Of a stretch of DNA of 64,000 bases, positions 11,390-20,012 are shown piece by piece (position 1 is the stretch's first letter; each line of letters starts with the position of its first letter). Both the position numbers and the translations under genes were made by a program. Location: contig DATKDR010000034.1 of NCBI GenBank assembly GCA_035512635.1, forward strand, positions 2,471 through 66,470, in the 5' to 3' direction. This stretch comes from Longimicrobiales bacterium (lineage in GTDB: Bacteria > Gemmatimonadota > Gemmatimonadetes > Longimicrobiales > RSA9). The notes beneath the pieces were generated by a model, which had not been told where the DNA came from, ran no database searches, and worked only from the letters and a program-made list of their open reading frames with translations.

Positions 11390-11477
11390 TGCGCCCGACT
11401 CCTCTTGTAAACCGACTCTTCCTACAGACAGACGCAAGTCGTGCGGGCCCCCCCGAGGGTCCGAGGAGCGATGTGAT

Positions 11478-12413
11478 ATGGCTCATCGGCGCTGGACGCT
11501 GCTGATCATCCCGGATGGTCAGGAAAGCATGCGGCAGATGCGGGTTTCGCAGCTGTTCGCGCGTGCCGTGTTCACCGGCCTGGCGGGCCTGATCGGCCTC
11601 CTGCTGTTCTTCGCGACGGGCTTCTTCGTAAAGGAGAGCCAGCAGCTGCGGGCGGATCGTCTGGCGGAGGAGAATCAGCGTCTGGTGGCGCAGCTGGACC
11701 GCCTGGGCGGCCGGCTGGACACCCTCCAGGTGTCGATGGCCGACCTGACGCAGCGGGACGAGCAGTACCGGCTGATTGCGGGTCTGCAGCCTCTGGATGC
11801 TGAAATCCAGCAGGCAGGTATCGGCGGTCCGGGCACGGAGACGCTCGAAGGCAACGCCCTGTACTCGATCGACGCGGAGCTGGGCCAGCGTGCCTTCGCC
11901 GCGACGAGCGACGTGGAGGCGATGATCCGACGCGCGGACGTGCTCAAGGCGAGCTGGTCGGAAGCGGTCGATTCGCTGCGCGTACGGCACGCACTGCTCC
12001 AGGCGACGCCGTCGATCTTCCCTACCCGCGGCATCGTGACGAGCGGCTTCACCCGCGCTCGTATGCACCCGATCCTGCACCGGGCGCGGCCGCACGAGGG
12101 GCTCGACATCGTCGCTCCGCGCGGCACCCCCATCCGCGCCTCGGCCAACGGCGTCGTCTCGTTCTCCGGGCGCCGCGGCGGCTACGGCCTGGTGGTGGAG
12201 ATCGACCATGGCTACGGCATGAAGACGCGCTACGCCCACATGTCTGCGCTCGGCGCGCGCGTGGGACAGCGTATCGAACGCGCCGAGGAGATCGGCCTGG
12301 TCGGCAGCACGGGGCTGTCCGTCTCGCCCCACCTCCATTACGAGGTGCTGATGAACGGCGTGCCGCAGAATCCCGCGCTCTACATTCTGGACGGCGAAGT
12401 CATTCCGGACTGA
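11478..12413 (+). CDS. M23 family (LytM-type) metallopeptidase with N-terminal membrane anchor and coiled coil
   Basis: I trimmed to ATG 11478 (GAGGAG upstream). Motifs HEGLDIVAPRGTPI ... GYGLVVEIDHGYG ... GSTGLSVSPHLHYEV give the HxxxD and HxH zinc ligands. Confidence 0.9.
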   Translation: MAHRRWTLLIIPDGQESMRQMRVSQLFARAVFTGLAGLIGLLLFFATGFFVKESQQLRADRLAEENQRLVAQLDRLGGRLDTLQVSMADLTQRDEQYRLIAGLQPLDAEIQQAGIGGPGTETLEGNALYSIDAELGQRAFAATSDVEAMIRRADVLKASWSEAVDSLRVRHALLQATPSIFPTRGIVTSGFTRARMHPILHRARPHEGLDIVAPRGTPIRASANGVVSFSGRRGGYGLVVEIDHGYGMKTRYAHMSALGARVGQRIERAEEIGLVGSTGLSVSPHLHYEVLMNGVPQNPALYILDGEVIPD

Positions 12414-12437
12414 GTCTCCGGCGGGAACGATCGACAG

Positions 12438-12482
12438 GCGGGCGGGACGCAGTGCATCATGCGTCCCGCCCGCTCGCTTTTG
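12438..12482 (+). terminator. Rho-independent terminator after the M23 peptidase gene
   Basis: Perfect 14-bp stem GCGGGCGGGACGCA (12438-12451) / TGCGTCCCGCCCGC (12460-12473), 8-nt loop, followed by TCGCTTTTGT. Confidence 0.8.
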
Positions 12483-12596
12483 TGGCCCATCGCCGCACTC
12501 CCCCGCCCCTGCTCGAATCGCGACGCGCTTGATCCCTCGCGGGGCAATACCTAGCTTGGCCGATCTTCACAAACCCGACTCGGAGCAAATCCCCTG

Positions 12597-13382
12597 ATGC
12601 GACGTATCCTCTCGCTGATCCCGGCGATCGCGACCGCGACGATCCTGGGCGCCTGTGGCGGAACCGACGTGGTGGTGCAGGCACTGGGGCAGGAAGGCAA
12701 TGGCGAAGCGGCCGCTCAGGCGGCGGAGGCCGTGCCCCTCGCCGGCATCCAGATCCAGCTCCTGCCCTTCGACCGCGACGCGATCTTCGCGTCGCTCGCG
12801 GAGTCCGCGGCCGAGCCGGAGCCGGCGCTGCCCGACACGCTGCTGGCGCTCCAGGAGCAGATCGCGGCGGCGAACGTCGAGTATCAGCGCGCGACCGCGG
12901 AATGGAGCACCGTGCGCGACAGCCTGCGCCAGCTCAGCGAGGAGATGGAGGCGCTGCACCCGGCGTCGCCGGAATATCGTCTGCTGTTCGAGGACTTCGA
13001 GGACCTGGAGGCGCGCGTCACGGGGCTCGAGAACACCATGAACCAGTCCTTTCAGCGGTTCTCGCAGCTCCAGGGACAGTTCACCTCGCAGGCGGAGGAG
13101 ATCCGGCTGGTGCGCGCGCAGTGGGCGGACGAGGCGTTCGCGAGCGTCGATTCGATCTTCGAGGCGCGCATCGAGGAAACGGGTAAGGAGCCGCTGACGG
13201 ACACAACCGGCGCGAATGGTGCGGTGCGCTTCGAGAGCGTCGCATCCGGTGACTGGTGGGTGCACGCGCGCTACGAGCTGCCGTACGAGGAGCTGTACTG
13301 GAACGAGCATCTTCAGGTGGAGGGCGAGCGCATGGAGGTTCAGCTCACTCGCGAGAACGCGGAATCGCGCGCGCGCCTCTGA
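12597..13382 (+). CDS. Hypothetical lipoprotein with coiled-coil middle region
   Basis: MRRILSLIPAIATATILGAC lipobox. E/Q/L-rich heptad-like middle. The C-terminal beta-rich segment (GAVRFESVASGDWWVHARYE) resembles a carboxypeptidase-regulatory-like fold, which is a guess. Confidence 0.6.
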   Translation: MRRILSLIPAIATATILGACGGTDVVVQALGQEGNGEAAAQAAEAVPLAGIQIQLLPFDRDAIFASLAESAAEPEPALPDTLLALQEQIAAANVEYQRATAEWSTVRDSLRQLSEEMEALHPASPEYRLLFEDFEDLEARVTGLENTMNQSFQRFSQLQGQFTSQAEEIRLVRAQWADEAFASVDSIFEARIEETGKEPLTDTTGANGAVRFESVASGDWWVHARYELPYEELYWNEHLQVEGERMEVQLTRENAESRARL

Positions 13383-13440
13383 TCAACGGGTCCGCGTCCC
13401 GGGTGGGGCGCGGGCTTCCCTTCCGCTTCTGCAGGTCCGG

Positions 13441-15564
13441 GTGAGCGCCGATACCGCGAACCGCACGACCGTCCGCCTCGATGTCGCCGCTGGCCTCGCG
13501 GAGGTCGTCTTCGACAATCCCGCGGGCAAGGCGGTGGTGCTGACGTCGGACGTCATGCGGCGGCTGGACGGCATCCTCTCCGAAATCGAAGGGCTCGCGC
13601 GCGCGGGCGACGTGCGGGCGGTCGTCTTCCGCAGCGCGAAGGACGGCATGTTCGTCGCCGGCGTGAACGTCGACGAGATCGCGGACGTGACCGATCGCGA
13701 CGAGGCACGTGACAAGGCGCGACAGGGACAGCAGCTCTTCCGGCGCGTGGATCATCTGCCGGTGCCGAGCGTCGCGGCGATCGACGGCACCTGCCTGGGC
13801 GGCGGCACCGAGCTGGCGCTCGCCTGCACCTGGCGCATCGCGAGCGACCGACGCGAAACGAAGATCGGTCTTCCGGAAGTGCGGCTCGGCATCATTCCAG
13901 GCTTCGGCGGCACGACGCGACTGCCGCGCCTCATCGGACTGCCGGCCGCCCTCGACCTGATTCTCACCGGCAGGACGCTGGATGCTCGGCGCGCGCAGCG
14001 CGTCGGGCTGATCGACGAGCGCGTGCACCCGTCGATCCTGCTGCGACGCGCGCGCGAGCTCGCGCGCGAGGCCGCCGCCGGCCAGCGGCCCGATCGTTCC
14101 CTCCCGCTCACGCAGCGGCTCATGGCCGGGCCCGCCCGCAAGCTGGTGCTGCGAAAGGCGCGGGCCGGCGTCATGAAGGAAACGCGAGGGGCCTACCCCG
14201 CGCCGCTGCGCGCGCTGCGCGTCATCGACGAAGGCCTCGGCCGCTCGGTGGACCGACAGCTGGCGCTGGAGGCGGACGCGGTCGCCGAGCTGGTGCCGAC
14301 CGGGGTCTCGAAGAATCTGATCCACGTCTTCCACCTGATGGAGGACGCGAAGAAGGCGGCACCGTCGGCGGACCCGCAGCCGGTCGAGCGGGTGGGCGTG
14401 CTGGGGGCGGGCGTCATGGGCGGCGGCATCGCGCAGCTCCTCGCCTACAACTCGGTCGGCGTCCGGCTGAAGGACATCCAGGAGCAGGCGCTCGGCCTCG
14501 GGCTGCGCCACGCGCGCGAGCTGTTCGACAAGGCCGTGAAGTCGCGTCGCATGCAGCGTCGCGAAGCGGACCAGGCGATGAATCGCATCTCGCCGACGCT
14601 CGAGTACAGCGGCTTCGGCTCGCTCGACCTGGTCATCGAAGCGGTGGTCGAGCGCATGGACGTGAAGAAGAGCGTCCTGCGCGAAGTGGAAGGACGCGTC
14701 GACGCCGAGTGCGTGCTCACCTCGAACACGTCGTCGCTGTCGATCACGGAGATGGCGGCGGCGCTCGAGCGGCCGGAGCGCTTCGCCGGCATGCATTTCT
14801 TCAACCCCGTGCACCGCATGCCGCTGGTCGAGGTGGTGCGGGGCGAGCGCACCTCGGACGAGACCGTGGCGACGGTGTTCCGCCTCGCGCGCGACCTCGG
14901 CAAGACGCCGATCATCGTCAGGGACGGGCCCGGCTTCCTGGTGAATCGGCTGCTCGCGCCGTACCTGAACGAGGCCGGCTGGCTGCTGTCCGAGGGTGCG
15001 TCCATCGAGCAGGTCGATCGCGTCATGGTCGAGTTCGGCATGCCGATGGGGCCGTTCCGCCTGCTCGACGAAGTCGGCCTCGACGTCGCGCGGCACGCGG
15101 CGGAGACGATGCACGCGTCGTTCGGTGAGCGGTTCCGCCCGTCCCCGCCGCTCGCGGCGCTTGCCCGCCTCGACCGCCTGGGCAGGAAGGGCGACTCCGG
15201 CTTCTACGTCTACGAGGACGGGCGGGAAAAGGGCGTGGACGGGTCGATCTACGCGGCGCTCGGCAGCGACGTGCCGACGGAGCGGCGCAAGATGAACGAT
15301 GAAACGATCCGCACGCGGCTGCTCTACCCGATGGTGAACGAGGCCGCCCGCGTCCTCGAGGACGGCATCGTGCGCAATGCCGGTGACGTCGACCTCGGCC
15401 TGATCACCGGCACCGGCTTTCCCCCCTTCCGCGGAGGGCTGCTGCGCTGGGCCGACACGATCGGTCTGCACAACATCGCTCAGCGCCTCGGCCACTGGAA
15501 GTCACAGCACGGTCCGCGCTTCGCGCCTGCGCCGTCGTTGAAGGATCGCAACAGCTTCTACTGA
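13441..15564 (+). CDS. Bifunctional enoyl-CoA hydratase / 3-hydroxyacyl-CoA dehydrogenase (FadJ/FadB-like)
   Basis: I trimmed to GTG 13441. Crotonase region (FVAGVNVDE, AIDGTCLGGGTELALAC), Rossmann motif VGVLGAGVMGGGIAQ, and the HFFNPV 3-HCDH signature. Confidence 0.9.
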   Translation: MSADTANRTTVRLDVAAGLAEVVFDNPAGKAVVLTSDVMRRLDGILSEIEGLARAGDVRAVVFRSAKDGMFVAGVNVDEIADVTDRDEARDKARQGQQLFRRVDHLPVPSVAAIDGTCLGGGTELALACTWRIASDRRETKIGLPEVRLGIIPGFGGTTRLPRLIGLPAALDLILTGRTLDARRAQRVGLIDERVHPSILLRRARELAREAAAGQRPDRSLPLTQRLMAGPARKLVLRKARAGVMKETRGAYPAPLRALRVIDEGLGRSVDRQLALEADAVAELVPTGVSKNLIHVFHLMEDAKKAAPSADPQPVERVGVLGAGVMGGGIAQLLAYNSVGVRLKDIQEQALGLGLRHARELFDKAVKSRRMQRREADQAMNRISPTLEYSGFGSLDLVIEAVVERMDVKKSVLREVEGRVDAECVLTSNTSSLSITEMAAALERPERFAGMHFFNPVHRMPLVEVVRGERTSDETVATVFRLARDLGKTPIIVRDGPGFLVNRLLAPYLNEAGWLLSEGASIEQVDRVMVEFGMPMGPFRLLDEVGLDVARHAAETMHASFGERFRPSPPLAALARLDRLGRKGDSGFYVYEDGREKGVDGSIYAALGSDVPTERRKMNDETIRTRLLYPMVNEAARVLEDGIVRNAGDVDLGLITGTGFPPFRGGLLRWADTIGLHNIAQRLGHWKSQHGPRFAPAPSLKDRNSFY

Positions 15565-15653
15565 GCCCGTCCACCATTCCTGGGCCCGGTGATCCGATCC
15601 GGATCCGCTACCGGCGGCCGCCGGACCGCGAGCAGATCTTCCGGCAGCACCTG

Positions 15654-16133
15654 GTGACGCGGGAGGCCGGCGCCGTGATCACGCTGCTGGAGGCGACGGA
15701 GATCGAGCGGCCGTCGGTCGTCGCGAAGGCGACGATCCTCGAGCCGGGCAGCCCGATCGTATGGTTCACGTTCCCGGGCGCGCATCACGATATCGGCCGC
15801 TTTCACCTGGCCGACGGCACGCATACCGGTCTCTATGCGAACGTGCTGACGCCGGTCGCGGGACTCGAAACCGGCGAGTGGGAGACGACGGATCTCTTTC
15901 TCGACGTCTGGCTGCCGGTCGGCGGCCGCGCGACCCTGCTGGACGAGGCCGAGCTGGACGACGCGCTCATGCGCGGCTGGGTGGACGCCGCGGCCGCGGA
16001 AGCCGCGCGCGCGGAGGCGCTGCGCCTGCTGGCCGACGCCGCGACCGGCGCCTGGCCGCCGCGGGTGGTCGCGGAGTGGCCGCTCGAGCGCGCCCGCGCG
16101 GCGCTCCGGCACTCGTCCCGCCGGATCGTGTAG
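15654..16133 (+). CDS. DUF402-like protein (start uncertain, may extend upstream with a non-canonical start)
   Basis: 159-aa ORF with YANVLTPV...DLFLDVWLPVGGRATLLDEAELDDA, resembling DUF402 (FomD/Ntdp-like). The in-frame upstream sequence (IRIRYRRPPDREQIFRQHL) also looks coding. Confidence 0.55.
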   Translation: MTREAGAVITLLEATEIERPSVVAKATILEPGSPIVWFTFPGAHHDIGRFHLADGTHTGLYANVLTPVAGLETGEWETTDLFLDVWLPVGGRATLLDEAELDDALMRGWVDAAAAEAARAEALRLLADAATGAWPPRVVAEWPLERARAALRHSSRRIV

Positions 16134-16169
16134 CACGGTGACAACCCGCAGCAACGAATCGAGGAGTCG

Positions 16170-16844
16170 ATGAGCGTCAGCGCGAGAACCCGCGCGAAAG
16201 CCTGCTCGTTCGCGGTCGCCGCCCTGCTTGCGGGCGCCACCCTGCTTTCGGTCGCGGCACCCCTTCAGGCGCAGAGGAATGCCGCGCCCCCGACCATCGA
16301 CGAGGTCCTCGAGGCCGCGGCGATGGCGCGCGCCCGGGGGGCCGAGGGCGCGCCCGTCGTCGTCTTCGAGATCGCTGACTTCCAGTGTCCGTACTGCGCG
16401 CGCTTCGCGGAAGACGTCTTCCCGCACATCGACAGCGCGTACGTGCGCACGGGGCTCGTCCAGTGGGTCTACGTGAACCTGCCCCTGCCCGCGCACCGCG
16501 AAGCCTGGGGCGCGGCCGAAGCCGCTCTGTGCGCCGGCGCGGTATCCGGCCGCTTCTGGCCGATGCACGACCTGCTGTATGCGCGCCAGGACGAGTGGTC
16601 GGGCGCGGTGGACGCGCCGCGCCGTTTCGAGGCTTACGCGCGCGAGGCCGGCGTGGACACCGAAGCGTACGACCTCTGCGTCGCCGACGACCGCGTCGCG
16701 CCGCTCATCGTGCAGGACGTGCTGGGCGCGAGCGCCGCGCAGATCGCCGGCACGCCGACGTTCATCGTGAACCGGGAATCCAAGGTGGTGGGACTGCGCA
16801 CGTTCGAGGAGTGGCGGGAAATCCTGGACGCGGCGGCGCAGTAG
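16170..16844 (+). CDS. Secreted DsbA-family thiol:disulfide oxidoreductase
   Basis: Signal peptide (AVAALLAGATLLSVAAPLQAQ) and a thioredoxin-fold CxxC in FEIADFQCPYCARF. Confidence 0.85.
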   Translation: MSVSARTRAKACSFAVAALLAGATLLSVAAPLQAQRNAAPPTIDEVLEAAAMARARGAEGAPVVVFEIADFQCPYCARFAEDVFPHIDSAYVRTGLVQWVYVNLPLPAHREAWGAAEAALCAGAVSGRFWPMHDLLYARQDEWSGAVDAPRRFEAYAREAGVDTEAYDLCVADDRVAPLIVQDVLGASAAQIAGTPTFIVNRESKVVGLRTFEEWREILDAAAQ

Positions 16845-16848
16845 CCGG

Positions 16849-17049
16849 TTACGGCCCCGTCTCGACGTAGGCCGCCACCAGCCGCTTCGCATCGATGTGA
16901 ATCGAGTGCGTCACTTCGGGATCCTCGCGCAACGCATCGATCAGTCGCTCGTAGCGGTCCACCACGGCTGCGGGGACCTGCACGAAGATCTCGTGGAACG
17001 AGCCGCGGTCCGCGAAGACCAGCTTCACCTGCACGGTCGCCTCGGTCAT
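16849..17049 (-). CDS. Small hypothetical protein (66 aa) translationally coupled to the VKOR gene
   Basis: MTEATVQVKLVFADRGSFHEIFVQVPAAVVDRYERLIDALREDPEVTH... The ATG overlaps the VKOR stop (ATGA at 17046-17049). The rest of track ORF 16849..17574 is out-of-frame overlap with VKOR. Confidence 0.45.
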   Translation of the reverse strand: MTEATVQVKLVFADRGSFHEIFVQVPAAVVDRYERLIDALREDPEVTHSIHIDAKRLVAAYVETGP

Positions 17050-17489
17050 GGTTCGACCTCCCGCCGCAGTCGCGCGGCTTCCGGTAGCGAGAAGAGGAAG
17101 ATCAGCGTCGCGATGACCGCCGACACCACGCACCAGCGGCACCAGGCGTGGATGACGAACGCCTCGAGCGCGGTCAGATAGACGGAGAACAGGAACGCCA
17201 CCGCGGCGAGGACGAGCAGAAGCACCGCGGTCGTACGCTCGTTCCGGATGCGGCCGACGACGGCCGCGTACGATACGCCGAACAGGACCAGGTAGCCCAG
17301 CACCCCGATGAACGGCACGGGCACGCCGACGAAGGTGGCGTACGGCGACGTCTGCACGGTGCTGCAGCCGCCGTCGACGCCGCAGGCGAGCGACCCGATC
17401 AGGCCGATGCGGTGGAGTGCCAGGTAGAGCGCGACGAACAGGCCGGCCAGCGAGAGGACGGCGATCGCCATGCGGTTCCGAGCGCTCAC
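17046..17489 (-). CDS. Vitamin K epoxide reductase (VKOR) family membrane protein (DsbB-replacing type)
   Basis: 147 aa and four or more TM segments. Loop cysteines LACGVDGGC and the redox motif AWCRWCVV. The GTG start overlaps the upstream DsbA-like stop (GTGA). Confidence 0.85.
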   Translation of the reverse strand: MSARNRMAIAVLSLAGLFVALYLALHRIGLIGSLACGVDGGCSTVQTSPYATFVGVPVPFIGVLGYLVLFGVSYAAVVGRIRNERTTAVLLLVLAAVAFLFSVYLTALEAFVIHAWCRWCVVSAVIATLIFLFSLPEAARLRREVEP

Positions 17490-18295
17490 GGACCCGAGGG
17501 TGAGGCCGGAACGGCGCCCTGACCATCGGGGGAATCGACCGGCGCGGGCGCGGCGCCGGACGGGCGCGGCCCATCGGCGAGCGCGCCGTCGATGAGCTGT
17601 CGCATGCGGCCGAAGTCGCTCCAGGCCTCGCCGACGCTGCGGCCGTTCAGGAAGATGGTCGGCGTGCTGCGCACGCCGAGCTGCTCACCGAGCAGCGCAT
17701 TGGCGGTCACGACATCGGCGTACCGTTCGCTGCGCAGGCAGTCCTCGAAGGCGTCGGCATCGGCGCCGATCGACTGGGCGTAGCCGGTGTAGCGCTCGAC
17801 CGGCGCCGTGCGATCGAGGCTCCATTCCTGCTGCCGCGCGTAGAGCATGTCGTGCATCTCCCAGTACAGCTCCTGGTCGCCCGCACAGCGCGCGGCACGA
17901 GCGGCGAGGAAGGCATGCGGATGCGCGGAGGTGATCGGATAATCGTAGTAAACCATCTGGACCAGGCCACTGTCGACGTACGCGGCGCGGATCGGCCGAC
18001 CCACGGTGGTCGCGAAGTAAGCGCAGCCGGGGCACTGGTAGTCGGCGAACTCCACGATTTGTACCGTGGCGCTGGCGCTTCCCTTCCTCACGGGCTGCGC
18101 CTGCTCGGCGATCGCCTGCGGATCCACGTCGTCGAGAGTGACCGGTCCGGTCGCCGCGCCGCCCGCCTTCGCGCTCCAGATCGAGTAGCCGATGCCGACC
18201 ACGCCGAGCACGGCGACCGCGATCAGGATCCACTTGAAGGCGGGGTTGGAGCCGTCCCGTCGCGCCTCTTCCGGCTTTCTCCGATGCTGCGCCAT
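17486..18295 (-). CDS. Membrane-anchored DsbA-family thioredoxin-fold protein
   Basis: I trimmed to ATG 18295 (MAQHRRKPEE...). One TM segment (FKWILIAVAVLGVVGIGYSIW) and CxxC in FADYQCPGCAYF. Confidence 0.85.
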   Translation of the reverse strand: MAQHRRKPEEARRDGSNPAFKWILIAVAVLGVVGIGYSIWSAKAGGAATGPVTLDDVDPQAIAEQAQPVRKGSASATVQIVEFADYQCPGCAYFATTVGRPIRAAYVDSGLVQMVYYDYPITSAHPHAFLAARAARCAGDQELYWEMHDMLYARQQEWSLDRTAPVERYTGYAQSIGADADAFEDCLRSERYADVVTANALLGEQLGVRSTPTIFLNGRSVGEAWSDFGRMRQLIDGALADGPRPSGAAPAPVDSPDGQGAVPASPSGP

Positions 18296-18368
18296 TTTCG
18301 TCCTTCGCTGTGATTTGTCGTTTGCCGCCGCCGAAGATGGCCGCGGCCGCTGCGATGCTGCAAGGCGA

Positions 18369-19061
18369 TCAGTCGAGGAGCCAGTCGACGATCGCGTCCG
18401 TTTCCTCCAGAGTCTCCCATACCACGTCCGCGCCCGCCGAGGCGAGAGCGGCACCGGCGAAGGGGCCCGTCGCCACTGCGGCCGCGCGGCAGCCGATGGC
18501 GCGGCCGCACGAGATGTCGAACGGCGTATCGCCGAGGATGATCACGTCGTCGCCCCGGAAGCGCCGCCCCGTGTGCTCGTGCGCCCGCTCAAGCGCGATC
18601 GCGGGCAGGCGGTCGCGGCTGGCGTCGTCCGAGCCGAACGCGCCGAAGCCGAAGCGGCCCGCAAGTCCGCCGGAGTCGAGCTTGAGCGCCGCGCCCGGCT
18701 CGATGTTGCCGGTCAGCAGCGCGAGGGTCACGGCGTCGGGCATGGACGCCAGGCAATCGAGCAGCGCGACCACGCCGGGCATGACGCGCGTGCGATGACC
18801 ATTGCCACGCAGCTCCACCTCCAGGCGGTCCAGGTAACCCTGCCACAAGCGGTCGAGCCCGGCTTCGATCGCCAGCGGCGCGAGACCGGCGAGCGTGAGC
18901 AGCTCGACCGCGATCTGCGGGTCGGTCTTGCCGGCGAAGCCGTGCGTCTCGATGGGACCCGCGGTGCCGTAGACCTCGAGCAGCGTGCTGTGGAACGCCC
19001 GCCGCGCCGCGCCATCCGTGGACAGCAGCGTGCCGTCGATATCGAACAGGATCAGCTTCAT
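18369..19061 (-). CDS. HAD-superfamily hydrolase (phosphoglycolate phosphatase-like)
   Basis: I trimmed the 508-aa track ORF to ATG 19061 (MKLILFDIDGTLL = HAD motif I). LLTGN and a C-terminal ILGDTPFD (motif IV). ATGA overlap with the upstream gene. Confidence 0.85.
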   Translation of the reverse strand: MKLILFDIDGTLLSTDGAARRAFHSTLLEVYGTAGPIETHGFAGKTDPQIAVELLTLAGLAPLAIEAGLDRLWQGYLDRLEVELRGNGHRTRVMPGVVALLDCLASMPDAVTLALLTGNIEPGAALKLDSGGLAGRFGFGAFGSDDASRDRLPAIALERAHEHTGRRFRGDDVIILGDTPFDISCGRAIGCRAAAVATGPFAGAALASAGADVVWETLEETDAIVDWLLD

Positions 19062-20008
19062 GATGCCGACGTTACCGCGCGCTCGATCGCACGTTCCAGC
19101 GCGCTCGCCGCGCGCACCCCGAGCGCGAACAGATCCGGCGGGTGAAAACGGCGCGGCTCGGCGGCGGTCGACAGCGCGAAGGTGATGTCGCCATCGAAGG
19201 GAGTATGCACGGGCGAGATGCGGCGCGGCAGCGCCGTCCCTGCCATGCGTGCGAGCGCCGCGAGCGCAGTCCGGCCCAAGGGCGCGTCCGTCGCGACCAC
19301 CGCCAGCGTCGTGTTGGTCGGCGGCACGGCGCCCGCGAACGCCTGCGCGCCGCGCCGCCGGATCAGCTCCACCGACTCGGCCAGGCTGCCGTCGTCCAGG
19401 CGCGGCCCCGCCAGGATGCCGCCGCGCCCGTCCAGCACGTCGCCGATCGCGTTCACCACCACGAGCGCGGCGACGATGGGCGCGTCCGGCTGATCCGACT
19501 CCTCCACGGCGGTGCCCACGCCACCGGGCGCCGACCGCTCGATGCCGAGCAGCTTGCCCACGGTCGCGCCCGTGCCCACCCCCACCTGTCCCTCCGACAC
19601 CGGCGAGTCGTCCGCCGCGTCGCAGGCGGCACGCGCCATGGCCGCGTCCGGCCAGCGATCCGCCCGGCCCACGCCTAGGTCGTAGATCACCGCGGCCGGG
19701 ACGATGGGTACCGCGGCGGCGGGCGTGGCGAACCCGAGCCCGCGCTCGCGCAGCCACTCGACCACGCCATTCGCGGCGCCCAGGCCGTAGGCCGAGCCGC
19801 CGGTCAGCAGGAGCGCGTCGATGGATTCGACGACGTGATTGGGATGGAAGACGTCCAGCTCGCGGGTGCCGGTGGCGAGCCCGGAGACGAAGCACGCGCC
19901 GCGGAAGGGGCCCAGCAGAACCGTGCAGCCGGTGCGCGCGTCCACGTCCTGGGCGTGCCCGACCCGAAGCCCGGGCACGCGGGTGATCGACGCGTTGGGA
20001 ACCGCCAC
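19058..20008 (-). CDS. P1/DmpA (peptidase S58) family aminopeptidase
   Basis: 316 aa with VGHAQD...TGCTVLL...GLATGTRE...LLTGGSAYGL...GVGTGATVGK, typical of the DmpA/BapA Ntn-hydrolase family. Confidence 0.75.
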   Translation of the reverse strand: MAVPNASITRVPGLRVGHAQDVDARTGCTVLLGPFRGACFVSGLATGTRELDVFHPNHVVESIDALLLTGGSAYGLGAANGVVEWLRERGLGFATPAAAVPIVPAAVIYDLGVGRADRWPDAAMARAACDAADDSPVSEGQVGVGTGATVGKLLGIERSAPGGVGTAVEESDQPDAPIVAALVVVNAIGDVLDGRGGILAGPRLDDGSLAESVELIRRRGAQAFAGAVPPTNTTLAVVATDAPLGRTALAALARMAGTALPRRISPVHTPFDGDITFALSTAAEPRRFHPPDLFALGVRAASALERAIERAVTSAS

Positions 20009-20012
20009 GATC

